Assembly: GCA_040755995.1 (NCBI GenBank)
Contig: JBFMAF010000008.1
Location: forward strand, 64,001 to 128,000
DNA from: Acidobacteriota bacterium
GTDB taxonomy: Bacteria > Acidobacteriota > CAIWXX01
Length of the DNA stretch: 64,000 nt
Direction: 5' to 3'
Shown here: piece after piece, positions 1-8,373 of the stretch
How the letters are laid out: every line of letters starts with the position of its first letter
Position numbering within the stretch: position 1 is the first letter of the stretch
Program-made: the position numbers and the translations under genes
The notes under the pieces: generated by a model
Seen by the model: the letters and a program-made list of their open reading frames with translations, nothing else
What the model was told of the DNA's origin: nothing
The model's database searches: none

Positions 1-95
1 TCATGGTAGGCGCGCGCGCAGAGACGCCGGAACGCCTGGTACAGAACTTCCTCGCCGGAGCGCTCCAGCTCGGCGACAACGTCTGTGACCACTGA
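1..95 (+). CDS. 3' end (partial) of NifB/NifX-family dinitrogenase FeMo-cofactor-type domain protein
   Basis: Frame from nt 3 reads MVGARAETPERLVQNFLAGALQLGDNVCDH*, the typical C-terminus of this family. It overlaps the start of the next gene and is not in the ORF track. Confidence 0.65.
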   Translation, partial: MVGARAETPERLVQNFLAGALQLGDNVCDH

Positions 96-537
96 GCACC
101 TGCCCGCGGACGGCGCCGCCAACGGCCACCGTCATTGCCTGTTCTGCGGCGACTGGAACCCGGCGTCCCTCAGGCTGAGTTTCACCGTCGGCCATGATGG
201 GATGGTTCGGTCAATCTTCCACGCCAACCCCAGGCTACAGGGTTACGACGGCATCCTGCACGGCGGTGTCGTCGGCGCTCTTCTGGACGCGGCCATGACA
301 CACTGTCTGTTCCATCATGGTGTCCAGGCATTGACGGGGGATCTGCGCGTGCGTTTTCGAAAGCCGGTCCCCTGCGAGGCACTCCTCGAGCTGCGTGCCT
401 GGCTGCTGTCCGAGAGGCCGCCGCTCTATCGGCTCGCCGCCGAGCTTCTCCATGACAACCATGTCGTCGCCAAGGCCGAGGCCAAGTTCATGCGAAGAGG
501 GGCGGCGAGCAGGCATCCCCTCGTCCGCGCCGTATAG
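85..537 (+). CDS. PaaI-family thioesterase (hotdog fold)
   Basis: HCLFCGxxNP and QGYDGILHGGVVGALLDAAM motifs. Confidence 0.85.
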   Translation: MTTEHLPADGAANGHRHCLFCGDWNPASLRLSFTVGHDGMVRSIFHANPRLQGYDGILHGGVVGALLDAAMTHCLFHHGVQALTGDLRVRFRKPVPCEALLELRAWLLSERPPLYRLAAELLHDNHVVAKAEAKFMRRGAASRHPLVRAV

Positions 538-557
538 CCGCGGTCAGCGTACCGGCA

Positions 558-992
558 TTACGCCGGTGTGACGATACGGAAGCAGCCGAAGATCGCGAAG
601 TCGCGCGGGTCGGCGGTCAAGAGGTCCGTCACCCCATTTGTGAAGTAGGTCGCGCCCAGCAACGTGTCGAGAATGCGCTTCCTCCCGAGCCGGTGCTTCT
701 CCATCCACGACAGGAACAGGGACGTCGCATCCGCGTCGGGGAACACAGGTCTCACCTCGCGCGCGTTCCACCAGAACGCTGCCCTCTCGATGGCGCGTGG
801 CAACGAGAGCGGCCGCAGGAACCTGCGCGGATCCGTCGTGACGTGAATGAACTCTGCCAGAACCTGAGCGGCGAGGCAGGCGCATTCCGGACGCCCCGCC
901 ATGGACTTGCGGACGTAGCTCAGCGCAAGGTCATGTCCCGGCGTTTCCTCGATCTCCGCCTGGACGAGGAAGGTGGTGTCAATCCCGAGCAC
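558..992 (-). CDS. vapC: PIN-domain toxin (VapC family)
   Basis: N-terminal IDTTFL, central AE, and DTLLGAT / LLTADPRDF acidic PIN residues; overlaps the antitoxin gene. Confidence 0.85.
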   Translation of the reverse strand: MLGIDTTFLVQAEIEETPGHDLALSYVRKSMAGRPECACLAAQVLAEFIHVTTDPRRFLRPLSLPRAIERAAFWWNAREVRPVFPDADATSLFLSWMEKHRLGRKRILDTLLGATYFTNGVTDLLTADPRDFAIFGCFRIVTPA

Positions 993-1218
993 GGAGCATC
1001 TCTCCCAGCAGATCGTCGCGCCGAGTGAGGGGCTTCAAGACCTTCCCAACCGAGCTGGGACGCAGGTCTGCCAATGAGGTCCGCGGCCGTATCCGCCGAT
1101 CCCGGTACTCCATCATGGCCTCGCGGATCAACTCTGAGGTCGTCCGGTCGTTGTGGCCAGCGTACTCCTGAAAGTCCCTGTAGACGGGTTCGGATACATT
1201 TATCGTTATCGTCTTCAT
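979..1218 (-). CDS. vapB: RHH/CopG-type antitoxin
   Basis: 79 aa, MKTITINVSE...SELIREAM ribbon-helix-helix pattern, directly upstream of the PIN gene. Confidence 0.8.
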   Translation of the reverse strand: MKTITINVSEPVYRDFQEYAGHNDRTTSELIREAMMEYRDRRIRPRTSLADLRPSSVGKVLKPLTRRDDLLGEMLRARD

Positions 1219-1253
1219 ACATGTATCTTAATGTATCCCCACCTGCGCGTCAA
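1219..1253 (-). promoter_or_regulatory. sigma70 promoter giving a probably leaderless TA transcript
   Basis: Minus strand TTGACG-N17-TAAGAT-N6-ATG; GATACAT direct repeat over the -10 (likely antitoxin operator); no SD. Confidence 0.65.
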
Positions 1254-1301
1254 ACTGGCCCTCAGTATGTGACCTACGAACCCCGACTGCCTCGGCTCAG
1301 G

Positions 1302-1973
1302 TCAGGTAGGGAGCGCGTTCCGCTGCTCGGGCGTCGCGATCTTCCGCGCCACGTCGAGCATCTTCTGACGGCCGTAGCTGTAGTGGTGCTCCAGCAAGCC
1401 AGCTATCCGCCGAGCGTATTCCTCGGGTTCGGCCGTCGCGGAGAGAACCTTGAACCAAGCCGGCAGCACCCTCTCCCAGTCGACGCAGACCTGCCACGAC
1501 CCAGCCTCGTCGGCGAAGAAGATGATCTCCTCGCGGTAGTCGTCGATGCGGTCCAGCAGTTCGAAGATAATGTCGAAGGCATGGCGTACCTCCGCTGGCG
1601 CCCCTGTCTTCACCATGGCTATGCAGCGATCGAGTAGCCGGTGGCATTCCGCTATCCAGGCTCGCGTCGCAGTGGACATCTCCCGGTAATTCCTGGAATT
1701 GACGTTGAAGCTCTCGTAGTACTCGCGGGCCAGACTGGCCTTCTGGAAGGCATTCACACCTGCGAGGAGGTCTCGTTTGGGCTCGCCGGCCGGTTGGAGC
1801 TTCTCGGGGTCGATGTACTTCTTGACCAGCTTCAGGAGCTTCGTCGGAGGCAGCAAGTCAATGGCATCCTGCAGCATGTAGAAGACATACTCGTCGCCCA
1901 TCTTGCGGATGGCGGCGCGGAGCTTGTCGCGATCAACTGTTGGGCAGCCATGGACTACCGCCCGCGCGCCCAT
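1302..1973 (-). CDS. Hypothetical helical protein (start uncertain)
   Basis: Long ORF with coding-like composition from ...VDRDKLRAAIRKMG..., directly downstream of the CcbP-like gene. Confidence 0.6.
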   Translation of the reverse strand: MGARAVVHGCPTVDRDKLRAAIRKMGDEYVFYMLQDAIDLLPPTKLLKLVKKYIDPEKLQPAGEPKRDLLAGVNAFQKASLAREYYESFNVNSRNYREMSTATRAWIAECHRLLDRCIAMVKTGAPAEVRHAFDIIFELLDRIDDYREEIIFFADEAGSWQVCVDWERVLPAWFKVLSATAEPEEYARRIAGLLEHHYSYGRQKMLDVARKIATPEQRNALPT

Positions 1974-2314
1974 CGTCGGTAGGCCTCGATCCACTCTGAG
2001 CCCTGGGGCGGCGGGTCGGGCAGCGGCAGATCGAGGATTGGAATGCACTGGCGCGACTTCCCGCGTGCGCACGCCACGACGACTTGCCCGTCCTCCGTCA
2101 TGTCAAGTCGCTCGACGGTGACCTCTACTCCGAGCACCTCGGTGCCGAATGGCATCGCCAGATGGTCCTCCAGCATCGTATAGAACCCCGTGGTCTGCTC
2201 AGACTCATCGTATGCATCGACGATCGCCTCCTGGATGAGTCGATCCAGCTTCGCCGTCGATAATAGCTCGGAACGCCCCCTCTTCTTCGGTGCGGGTCTC
2301 GTTGCTCTGGGCAT
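1955..2314 (-). CDS. Calcium-binding protein (CcbP-like)
   Basis: EAIVDAYDESEQxxGFYTMLEDHLxxPF...WIEAYRRW pattern; GGAGG SD before ATG at 2314. Confidence 0.7.
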   Translation of the reverse strand: MPRATRPAPKKRGRSELLSTAKLDRLIQEAIVDAYDESEQTTGFYTMLEDHLAMPFGTEVLGVEVTVERLDMTEDGQVVVACARGKSRQCIPILDLPLPDPPPQGSEWIEAYRRWARGR

Positions 2315-2322
2315 CGTCCTCC

Positions 2323-2403
2323 TCACCTCTCGTCATGGATTTGACGAGAGTCTTCACCATGGTACCAGACGACCTGTTCCCGGATGAATTCGCCCCTCTT
2401 CAC
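2323..2403 (-). pseudogene. hicA: Truncated hicA toxin remnant
   Basis: GTG overlaps the hicB stop (GTGA) and reads MKRGEFIRE..., a HicA-like N-terminus, then loses similarity and stops after 26 aa. Confidence 0.5.
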
Positions 2404-2609
2404 GCGACATCCAGCGCGATTTCCAACGTTTGCGCGCCCGGGTGAGATGGTGCGCCCTCATCCTCCATCACCAGCGCATAGGCATCCTGGATGTTCGCTC
2501 GTAGCTCATCCAGTGTTTCGCCCTGGCTGAAAACGCCGGGCACCTCCCTCAACCTGCCGACGTACCAGCCATCATCGATCCAATACTCAAGAGTGAAGTG
2601 CCGTTGCAT
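2400..2609 (-). CDS. hicB: HicB-family antitoxin
   Basis: GWYVGRLREVPGVFSQGETLDELRANIQDA motif. Confidence 0.85.
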   Translation of the reverse strand: MQRHFTLEYWIDDGWYVGRLREVPGVFSQGETLDELRANIQDAYALVMEDEGAPSHPGAQTLEIALDVA

Positions 2610-2978
2610 CTCGATGCCTCACTTGATTCCGTCCGCCCATCATTTCGAGCATTGCCCGGCGCGTGTTTGCATGATCTGCAAGAAGACCTCCGCGTCCGGC
2701 TCTCGTCTCACATAATACGTGGTGCCGTGACCCCCGGTCAACATGCCTGCCGTCCACGATGAATGATTGAATGATGGCGAAGTGGGTAGAACGTGCGGTG
2801 CTGACTGTGGTATCCCACTGGCCGGCCCGAGGGCATGACGACGCGTTCGAGAGATGCCGCCGATACTGCTCGCCAGAGTTGACCGATCCACCGGAACGCT
2901 CTTTTCCCCCCAAGTGGTCATTTCCTGCAGGTGTTTCCTCTTATTTCAATAGCTTACAAGCGTCGGAAACCATTCTGT

Positions 2979-3383
2979 TCATGCGCATGAACTCTTGTGG
3001 TGGGTCAGTTCAAGTGAGCCTGCCTGGCTCAACAGAATCCAGAGGTTGCGAGGCAGTATCTGCTCGCCGATGGGCACAGAGTAGTCAGTGCCGGCGCATA
3101 GCCCCACCGCGATCCCACCGGCGGCGAGTATGATCTCTTCCGGCACGTAGACGCAGAAGGTTCCGAAGACTTTGCCGCCTCTTTCCTTGTGTTCAACCAG
3201 CTCTTTCACGCGTACCCCATGGATTTCCGATACGACATAGTCGTAGAAGCCCATGGCCCGAGGCCGTTCCTGTTGGCTCAGATATATCCTGTCGTAGACA
3301 ACGGGCAACAGCTCCATCAGCATGTCGTGAGACTGCATATTGATATCCAGTTTCTCCCACATGGCGCGATATTCCCGACTCAC
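2979..3383 (-). pseudogene. Truncated double-cubane-cluster / 2-hydroxyacyl-CoA dehydratase-family reductase (N-terminal third only)
   Basis: EIHGVRVKELVEHKERGGKVFGTFCVYVPEEIILAAGG..GLCAG..LPRNL; similarity breaks at ~3040 where the family continues CPLIKS. Confidence 0.75.
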
Positions 3384-3426
3384 TTTTCCTCTCCTTTTGT
3401 AACGCAAACGCGACTGGACGGGATTG

Positions 3427-3777
3427 TCACAACGTGACGACACGATCGGCGTTCAGCATCGCCGTGATCATGTGGTCCATGCCACTGACGATGCCAATGG
3501 CAACTTCATCCTGCAAGCCAAAGGCCTCCAGGCAGGTCGAACACAGCACCAACTGGACGCCCTGGTCGGCCAAAGCGCGGAGCTCGTTCAACACCGGCGA
3601 GCCTCTCACGCAGAGTTTGACTCCATCGGTGTAGAAGCAAAGTTGCGCAGGCAACGGGTCGGTCAAGCCCAGAAGTGTCAGGGCTTTCTTGACCAGCTTG
3701 ATCTTGAGGTCGGCATTCTCGGTATGGCCCATGCCATACGAGTTGAAAACGAAAACGGTATTCGACGGGGAAGACAT
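3427..3777 (-). CDS. DsrE-family sulfur relay protein (YedF C-terminal-like)
   Basis: GMG..FYTDGVKL...CSTCLEAFGL..VAIGIVSGM pattern; GGAG SD. Confidence 0.8.
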   Translation of the reverse strand: MSSPSNTVFVFNSYGMGHTENADLKIKLVKKALTLLGLTDPLPAQLCFYTDGVKLCVRGSPVLNELRALADQGVQLVLCSTCLEAFGLQDEVAIGIVSGMDHMITAMLNADRVVTL

Positions 3778-4073
3778 GTTGCGCTCCTTCGTTGTCGGTC
3801 AGGGTACAGGCTGCGTATGGCGCCACCTTTCGCGGCGACGTCGGAGCCTGCAACAGTCAGCGGCGGAGGGTAGTTGAGGTGACGTCGCCAGCAAAGGGCT
3901 CTGCCAACGCGGCAACTCTGGACAGTGAATGCATCCCGTGCATTCCGCCCACGCGGAATCACGTATGGCGAAGTGGCAGAGCCATGGCGTCACCCCCTTC
4001 CAATGCGAGAGTCGGTCGAAAAGGCGCGAGGCATCAACGACATTCTATCCTGAGATAGACGCTCATTGCCCAC

Positions 4074-4793
4074 TCATTCCCACCCCTCATCGAAAATCTG
4101 CGCTCGATCGAGCTCGACCCAGCAGCGGAGTGCCAGCTCACGGATTGTGCCCATGTAGGCGGGCGTATTGTCTCCGTGTTGCCTCATGAGCGCCTGGACC
4201 TCGGCATCGATCTTCGCGATGACACTGCTCTTGGTGCGCAACCGTAAGCACCGGCCACCTGAGATGAAGAGTGCCTCGGGAGTCGGTGCGGAATTGGGCA
4301 GGATGGAGATCGTCCCGCGCCCGAGGCTGGCGCCGGTCGATACTTGCAGGCCATCATTGAGGCAACTCACCGGAGGCTGCTGGCCGGCGCTGCTCTCGAC
4401 ACGAATGTCGTCGAGCGAAGCGCCCAGCAGCTCGCGGGCGCGCGTCCCCATTTTCACGCCGATGAGCGAGTAGATGCCAAGGTGGCGGTGAAGCTCGTTG
4501 CAGATCACGGCCGCCGCCCATTCCTCCTCGCCGTGCCTCGCGATGATGTCCGCTATCAATGGCCGGAGGTCATCTTGGAACAGGTCTGGCGATGTGGGGA
4601 ACTGGCGGAAGACTACCGGCTGACGCCGCTCAAGGGCAGCCGGTATGGATCGGGCGGTTTCGCGGGCGTGCACAGGAGCGCCTTGGCTGACATGGGAGTC
4701 CATCCCATCGTCGCAGCGCAGCCACCGAGGGATACTGGCCAGCGACAGCACACAGATCGCAACGAGAACGACCCGCCGAGAGTCAGTCGACAT
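4074..4793 (-). CDS. FmdE-family (formylmethanofuran dehydrogenase subunit E-like) exported metal-binding protein
   Basis: ELHRHLGIYSLIGVKMG and PPVSCLNDGLQVSTGASLGRG motifs; hydrophobic N-terminus. Confidence 0.75.
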   Translation of the reverse strand: MSTDSRRVVLVAICVLSLASIPRWLRCDDGMDSHVSQGAPVHARETARSIPAALERRQPVVFRQFPTSPDLFQDDLRPLIADIIARHGEEEWAAAVICNELHRHLGIYSLIGVKMGTRARELLGASLDDIRVESSAGQQPPVSCLNDGLQVSTGASLGRGTISILPNSAPTPEALFISGGRCLRLRTKSSVIAKIDAEVQALMRQHGDNTPAYMGTIRELALRCWVELDRAQIFDEGWE

Positions 4794-4805
4794 CTTCGCA
4801 TCCTC

Positions 4806-6785
4806 CTACAGGTGAAGTGTGAGGCCGAACATCACGTTGGCACCCGGCATTGGGTAGCCGAACTTCTGCTGGTGTGAGGTATCGGTGAGGTTCTCACCAG
4901 CCGCGAAGAGCTGGGCCCGCAGCTTGTCCGCCGCCTGGATGTCATAGGTGAGCTTGGCGTTGAGCAGGAAGTATGAGTTGACCTGGAGTGTGTTGAGGGC
5001 CCCGCGCTGGCGCGCTCGCGAAGCCACCCAGTGCTTGCCAACGTAGACTCCGTCGAGATTGCACTGGAGCCGCTGCAGGAAGCGGTGTGCGAGGCCGAAG
5101 CTGCCAGTCCATTTCGGTGCATAGGGCAGATCCGCAGGCGACGCGTCCAGATAGGTGAGTCCGCCGAAGGCGGATGTCCGCGCCTGGGGCTTGAGCGTCA
5201 CCACCGTCTCCACGCCCTTCGTGTGCGTGTTCCCGACGTTGGTCCAGACAGGAGGGAAGGGCGGGGGAGGAGCGAGCACGATGCGCCCGGAGGCATCGTC
5301 CGAGAACAGGGTGATGTCGATCTTGGCCATGTCGCCAAGTCCCTGCCCGACACCGAGCTCGAAATGATCGGCTCTCTCGGCGCTGAGAAGCTCTTGCCGG
5401 TTCTGTCCCGGGATGAAGACCCTGCTCAAGGTGTCCACGTACACGCCCGGGAAATTGACTCCTCGCGCATAAGCAGCGTGCAACTCAGTGCTGTTGACGC
5501 CGACTGCCACGCCCACTTGGGGCGCCAGTTCATCACCGAATCGATCGTGGGAAAGGAACCGAACGCCGGCAGAGGGCCTCACCCACACACCACTGCCGGT
5601 TTGGAAGCGCTGGGACAGGGCCAGATGTGGACCAATGATGCGGTAAGTCTCGCGATCGAAGTCGACCTCCGGCATGGGAGGGTCCACGAAACGCACCTTG
5701 CCGCTGATGTTGTCGACATCGAGTCCCGCGATGATTTCGCCACCATCCCAGGGTTGAAGCGTCTCGCGGACTCTCAAGCCGTAGTTGTCGAAGTTGGTAA
5801 AGGTGTTTTCGTCGTTCAGCCCGCTGAGCTCATCGTGCTGGCCCGTCCAGTCAATGCTGCCCCGCTCCCAGTAGCCCTTCACATAGCCCTGCACCCTCCC
5901 CTGCTTGTGATACAGCGACGCGACCGTGAAGTAGTCGTCCACGCTGAAACGGCCGTCGCGATAGACCTGGTCCGGTGGCACCAGACTCTGTGACGGGCCT
6001 GGATCATCTGCCCAACTTGCGACGCGGTTGAATGTGAGATCGGCCTCCCAGTGCCCGTTGAGCGCATAGCCGATCCGGCCGAAGTAGCTCTGGACTTCAC
6101 CGCTTGCATGGTCGCGGTGCCCCTCTGAGGCTCGGTAGCTCTGTACGAGGTAGTAGTCAAGAGGCCCCTTCTTGCCACCATGCTCAGCGACCTCGACTCG
6201 AGTGTCGTACGAACCAAGAGCGCCCTCCAGCCGCGTCGAGAAGCCCTCATCTTCCATCCGCTTCGGGACGACGTTGACCACCGCAGAAGCCATGTTCCCG
6301 AAGAGCACCGGCTGGGTCCCTTTGTACACTTCGACAGAGTCCGCAAGGTCGATGCTCAGCACGTCCATAAGCGGATGCGTCCAGACGCTCACGAACCTGG
6401 CGATCCCATCGGTGGCTATCTGTGTCTCGGCACCAGGCCGGGATGAGCCCTGGCCGCGGATGAAGACGGCGCCCCCTTCTCCGCCGCCGAAGCTGCCTAC
6501 GGGATTGTGGCGCGAGACCAGCACGCCTGGCGTCTTCCGGAGCGCAGCCAGCAGGTCCTGCGCGTTCAAGCCCTCGATCTGGTCCCGCGCGATGACCGTG
6601 ACCTGGCTGCCCAGTGAATCCACTTTGTTGCCCTCGATCACCGGCGTCCCCACGACTACAACTTCGTGGGACGGGTGCGTGGTCTCCGCCTGAGTCTCCG
6701 GGTCATGCGGATTCGTCTCCACCGCCAGGGCGAGAACCCCGCTTCCAAGAGCGACGCCCAGAGTTAACGCGAGTGTCCACTTCAT
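4806..6785 (-). CDS. TonB-dependent receptor, probably nickel uptake
   Basis: Signal peptide, TonB box (EVVVVGT), plug (IRG..; VEVYKG..VLFG), C-terminal ENLTD..PG beta-strand; coupled to nikR (ATGA overlap). Confidence 0.9.
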   Translation of the reverse strand: MKWTLALTLGVALGSGVLALAVETNPHDPETQAETTHPSHEVVVVGTPVIEGNKVDSLGSQVTVIARDQIEGLNAQDLLAALRKTPGVLVSRHNPVGSFGGGEGGAVFIRGQGSSRPGAETQIATDGIARFVSVWTHPLMDVLSIDLADSVEVYKGTQPVLFGNMASAVVNVVPKRMEDEGFSTRLEGALGSYDTRVEVAEHGGKKGPLDYYLVQSYRASEGHRDHASGEVQSYFGRIGYALNGHWEADLTFNRVASWADDPGPSQSLVPPDQVYRDGRFSVDDYFTVASLYHKQGRVQGYVKGYWERGSIDWTGQHDELSGLNDENTFTNFDNYGLRVRETLQPWDGGEIIAGLDVDNISGKVRFVDPPMPEVDFDRETYRIIGPHLALSQRFQTGSGVWVRPSAGVRFLSHDRFGDELAPQVGVAVGVNSTELHAAYARGVNFPGVYVDTLSRVFIPGQNRQELLSAERADHFELGVGQGLGDMAKIDITLFSDDASGRIVLAPPPPFPPVWTNVGNTHTKGVETVVTLKPQARTSAFGGLTYLDASPADLPYAPKWTGSFGLAHRFLQRLQCNLDGVYVGKHWVASRARQRGALNTLQVNSYFLLNAKLTYDIQAADKLRAQLFAAGENLTDTSHQQKFGYPMPGANVMFGLTLHL

Positions 6786-7207
6786 ACAGGCATGTCCTTT
6801 CCGGTGGTAGTGACAGTCAACTTCCCGTGCTTGACGCCCTTGGATCCAATCAGAGCGTCCGCCACGGCCTTGATACGCCTCGCCCTGCCGCGCACCGCAA
6901 GCACCTCCATGCAGTTGTCGTGATCCAGATGAACATGCAACGTGGCGATAATGAGCCTGCCGTGATCGTGCTGGATGCTCGTCAACAGCTCCTGCAGGTG
7001 GCGCTTGTGATGGTCGTAGACAAGCGTGATGGTCCCGGCAATCTCGCGGTCGCCCAGCTCCCGCCGGTGCTCCACGAGCTGCGCGCGCGCCATGTCCGCT
7101 ACGGCGTGCGACCGGTTGTCGTAGCCCCGCTCCCTCGCCATTCGATCCAGATCGCGGGCAATAGGGGCAGGCAAGGAAATGCTGAAACGAACTGCCGACT
7201 CTTTCAT
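6782..7207 (-). CDS. nikR: Nickel-responsive transcriptional regulator NikR
   Basis: RFSISL RHH N-terminus, GYxNRS, YDHH, QH and HVHLDHDNCMEV nickel ligands. Confidence 0.95.
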   Translation of the reverse strand: MKESAVRFSISLPAPIARDLDRMARERGYDNRSHAVADMARAQLVEHRRELGDREIAGTITLVYDHHKRHLQELLTSIQHDHGRLIIATLHVHLDHDNCMEVLAVRGRARRIKAVADALIGSKGVKHGKLTVTTTGKDMPV

Positions 7208-7208
7208 A

Positions 7209-7254
7209 GTGTTACGCTCCCATGCAATCGTAACACATTCGCGAACTGGGTCAA
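7209..7254 (-). promoter_or_regulatory. nikR promoter with NikR operator
   Basis: Perfect inverted repeat GTGTTACG-N12-CGTAACAC (7209-7236; 28 bp, NikR-type 6-16-6 geometry) overlapping the -10 of TTGACC-N16-TACGAT. Confidence 0.8.
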
Positions 7255-7530
7255 GAGCTTTCAGCGCTTCTTCAGGGGCCGGCTCAAGCCCCGGCAGATG
7301 GCGATTCTGCATCCCCCTCACCGCGCCAGATTGCGGTGGTACAATCAGCGGCCGGGCACCGCTCAGTGTCTACTTCGGCTCATAGGTGCGCCCGAGCTCT
7401 TCCGGAGAATGCACCGCCTCGATGGCCGTCTGCACAGCCCTGCTCCTGGCACAGCATTTCCCGGCGCGTTCATCACCTGCAACCCGGGCCGCCAACGCCG
7501 CCCCTCGGGCAGCCGCGCGGGCTCGGAGCC

Positions 7531-7884
7531 TCAGTAGCTGTGCGTGCCCAGGATGACCTGGATGCCGAACTTGCTCTCGAGCGTGGGCTTCAGCGCCTCG
7601 AAGTCGATCGGGCACTGCGCCGTCTCCATCGCCAGCTTGACGCAGGTGCCGAGGTGAAGCACCTCGATCGGCCGCCCGAGGTTTTTCGTCAACTCGTTCA
7701 GCAGCTTCACACGCGGGACGGCGAGTCCCGGGCAGTCGCCGCAGTCCGTCATCGCAACTAGCTCGATTGTATCGTGGCGAGCGTACTCGCCGTTCTTCTC
7801 GGCCATCCCCTTGAAGCACTTCGCGCAGGCGATGCACGAGTGATCCTGGATTCTCCTGCAGTACAACACAGCTATTCTCGCCAC
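7531..7884 (-). CDS. CGGC-domain metal-binding protein
   Basis: C...CIACAKC...CGDCPG...HLGTC...C...GTH pattern; AGGAGG SD before GTG. Confidence 0.85.
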   Translation of the reverse strand: MARIAVLYCRRIQDHSCIACAKCFKGMAEKNGEYARHDTIELVAMTDCGDCPGLAVPRVKLLNELTKNLGRPIEVLHLGTCVKLAMETAQCPIDFEALKPTLESKFGIQVILGTHSY

Positions 7885-7892
7885 GGAACCTC

Positions 7893-8354
7893 CTATGCCG
7901 GTGATTGAGAAACCGATTCCGATTGGCCGTCGCACGGTGATTCCGGCGTCTCTACGCACATCAGCGCCTCAGTCGGGCAGATCGCAACACAGGCGGGAGC
8001 CTCCCGGCCCGCGCACAGATCGCACTTGCGTGCAACCTGTGTCTCCAAGTCCCGCGCAATAGCATCGTACGGGCAGACCATCACGCACATCCAGCAGCCG
8101 ACGCAGCGCGTCGAGTCGAGCCGCACGACTCCGCCGGCGTACCGTTCGATGCAGCCCGTCATGCAGGCGTCCATGCACGGTGCCGGGTCGCAGTGGCGGC
8201 AGAGCGACTGGAACTCGTACCGCTCGAAGAGATCCTGGCGCACGATGATGGCGCCTTTGCGCCAGCTGGCGACGCCGAGCTTCACCGTGGCGCAGGCGGT
8301 CGCGCAGAGCCGGCAGCCGGTGCACAGGTCCGGATTGGCGAATACCCGTCTCAT
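7893..8354 (-). CDS. 4Fe-4S dicluster electron-transfer subunit (AorA/CooF-like)
   Basis: CTGCRLCATAC, CRHCxxxPC, CVGCWMCVMVCP and KCDLC..CP cluster motifs. Confidence 0.9.
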   Translation of the reverse strand: MRRVFANPDLCTGCRLCATACATVKLGVASWRKGAIIVRQDLFERYEFQSLCRHCDPAPCMDACMTGCIERYAGGVVRLDSTRCVGCWMCVMVCPYDAIARDLETQVARKCDLCAGREAPACVAICPTEALMCVETPESPCDGQSESVSQSPA

Positions 8355-8373
8355 CACGCCCACCCCGCCCGAA

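Noticed and set aside
2587..2921. ORFs upstream of hicB as a possible hicA
   Set aside because: No convincing HicA pattern; the HicA-like start lies downstream of hicB instead.
3888..3907. Possible sigma54 promoter TTGGCAGAGCCCTTTGCT upstream of the dsrE-like gene
   Set aside because: GG-to-GC spacing is 11 nt rather than the required 10.
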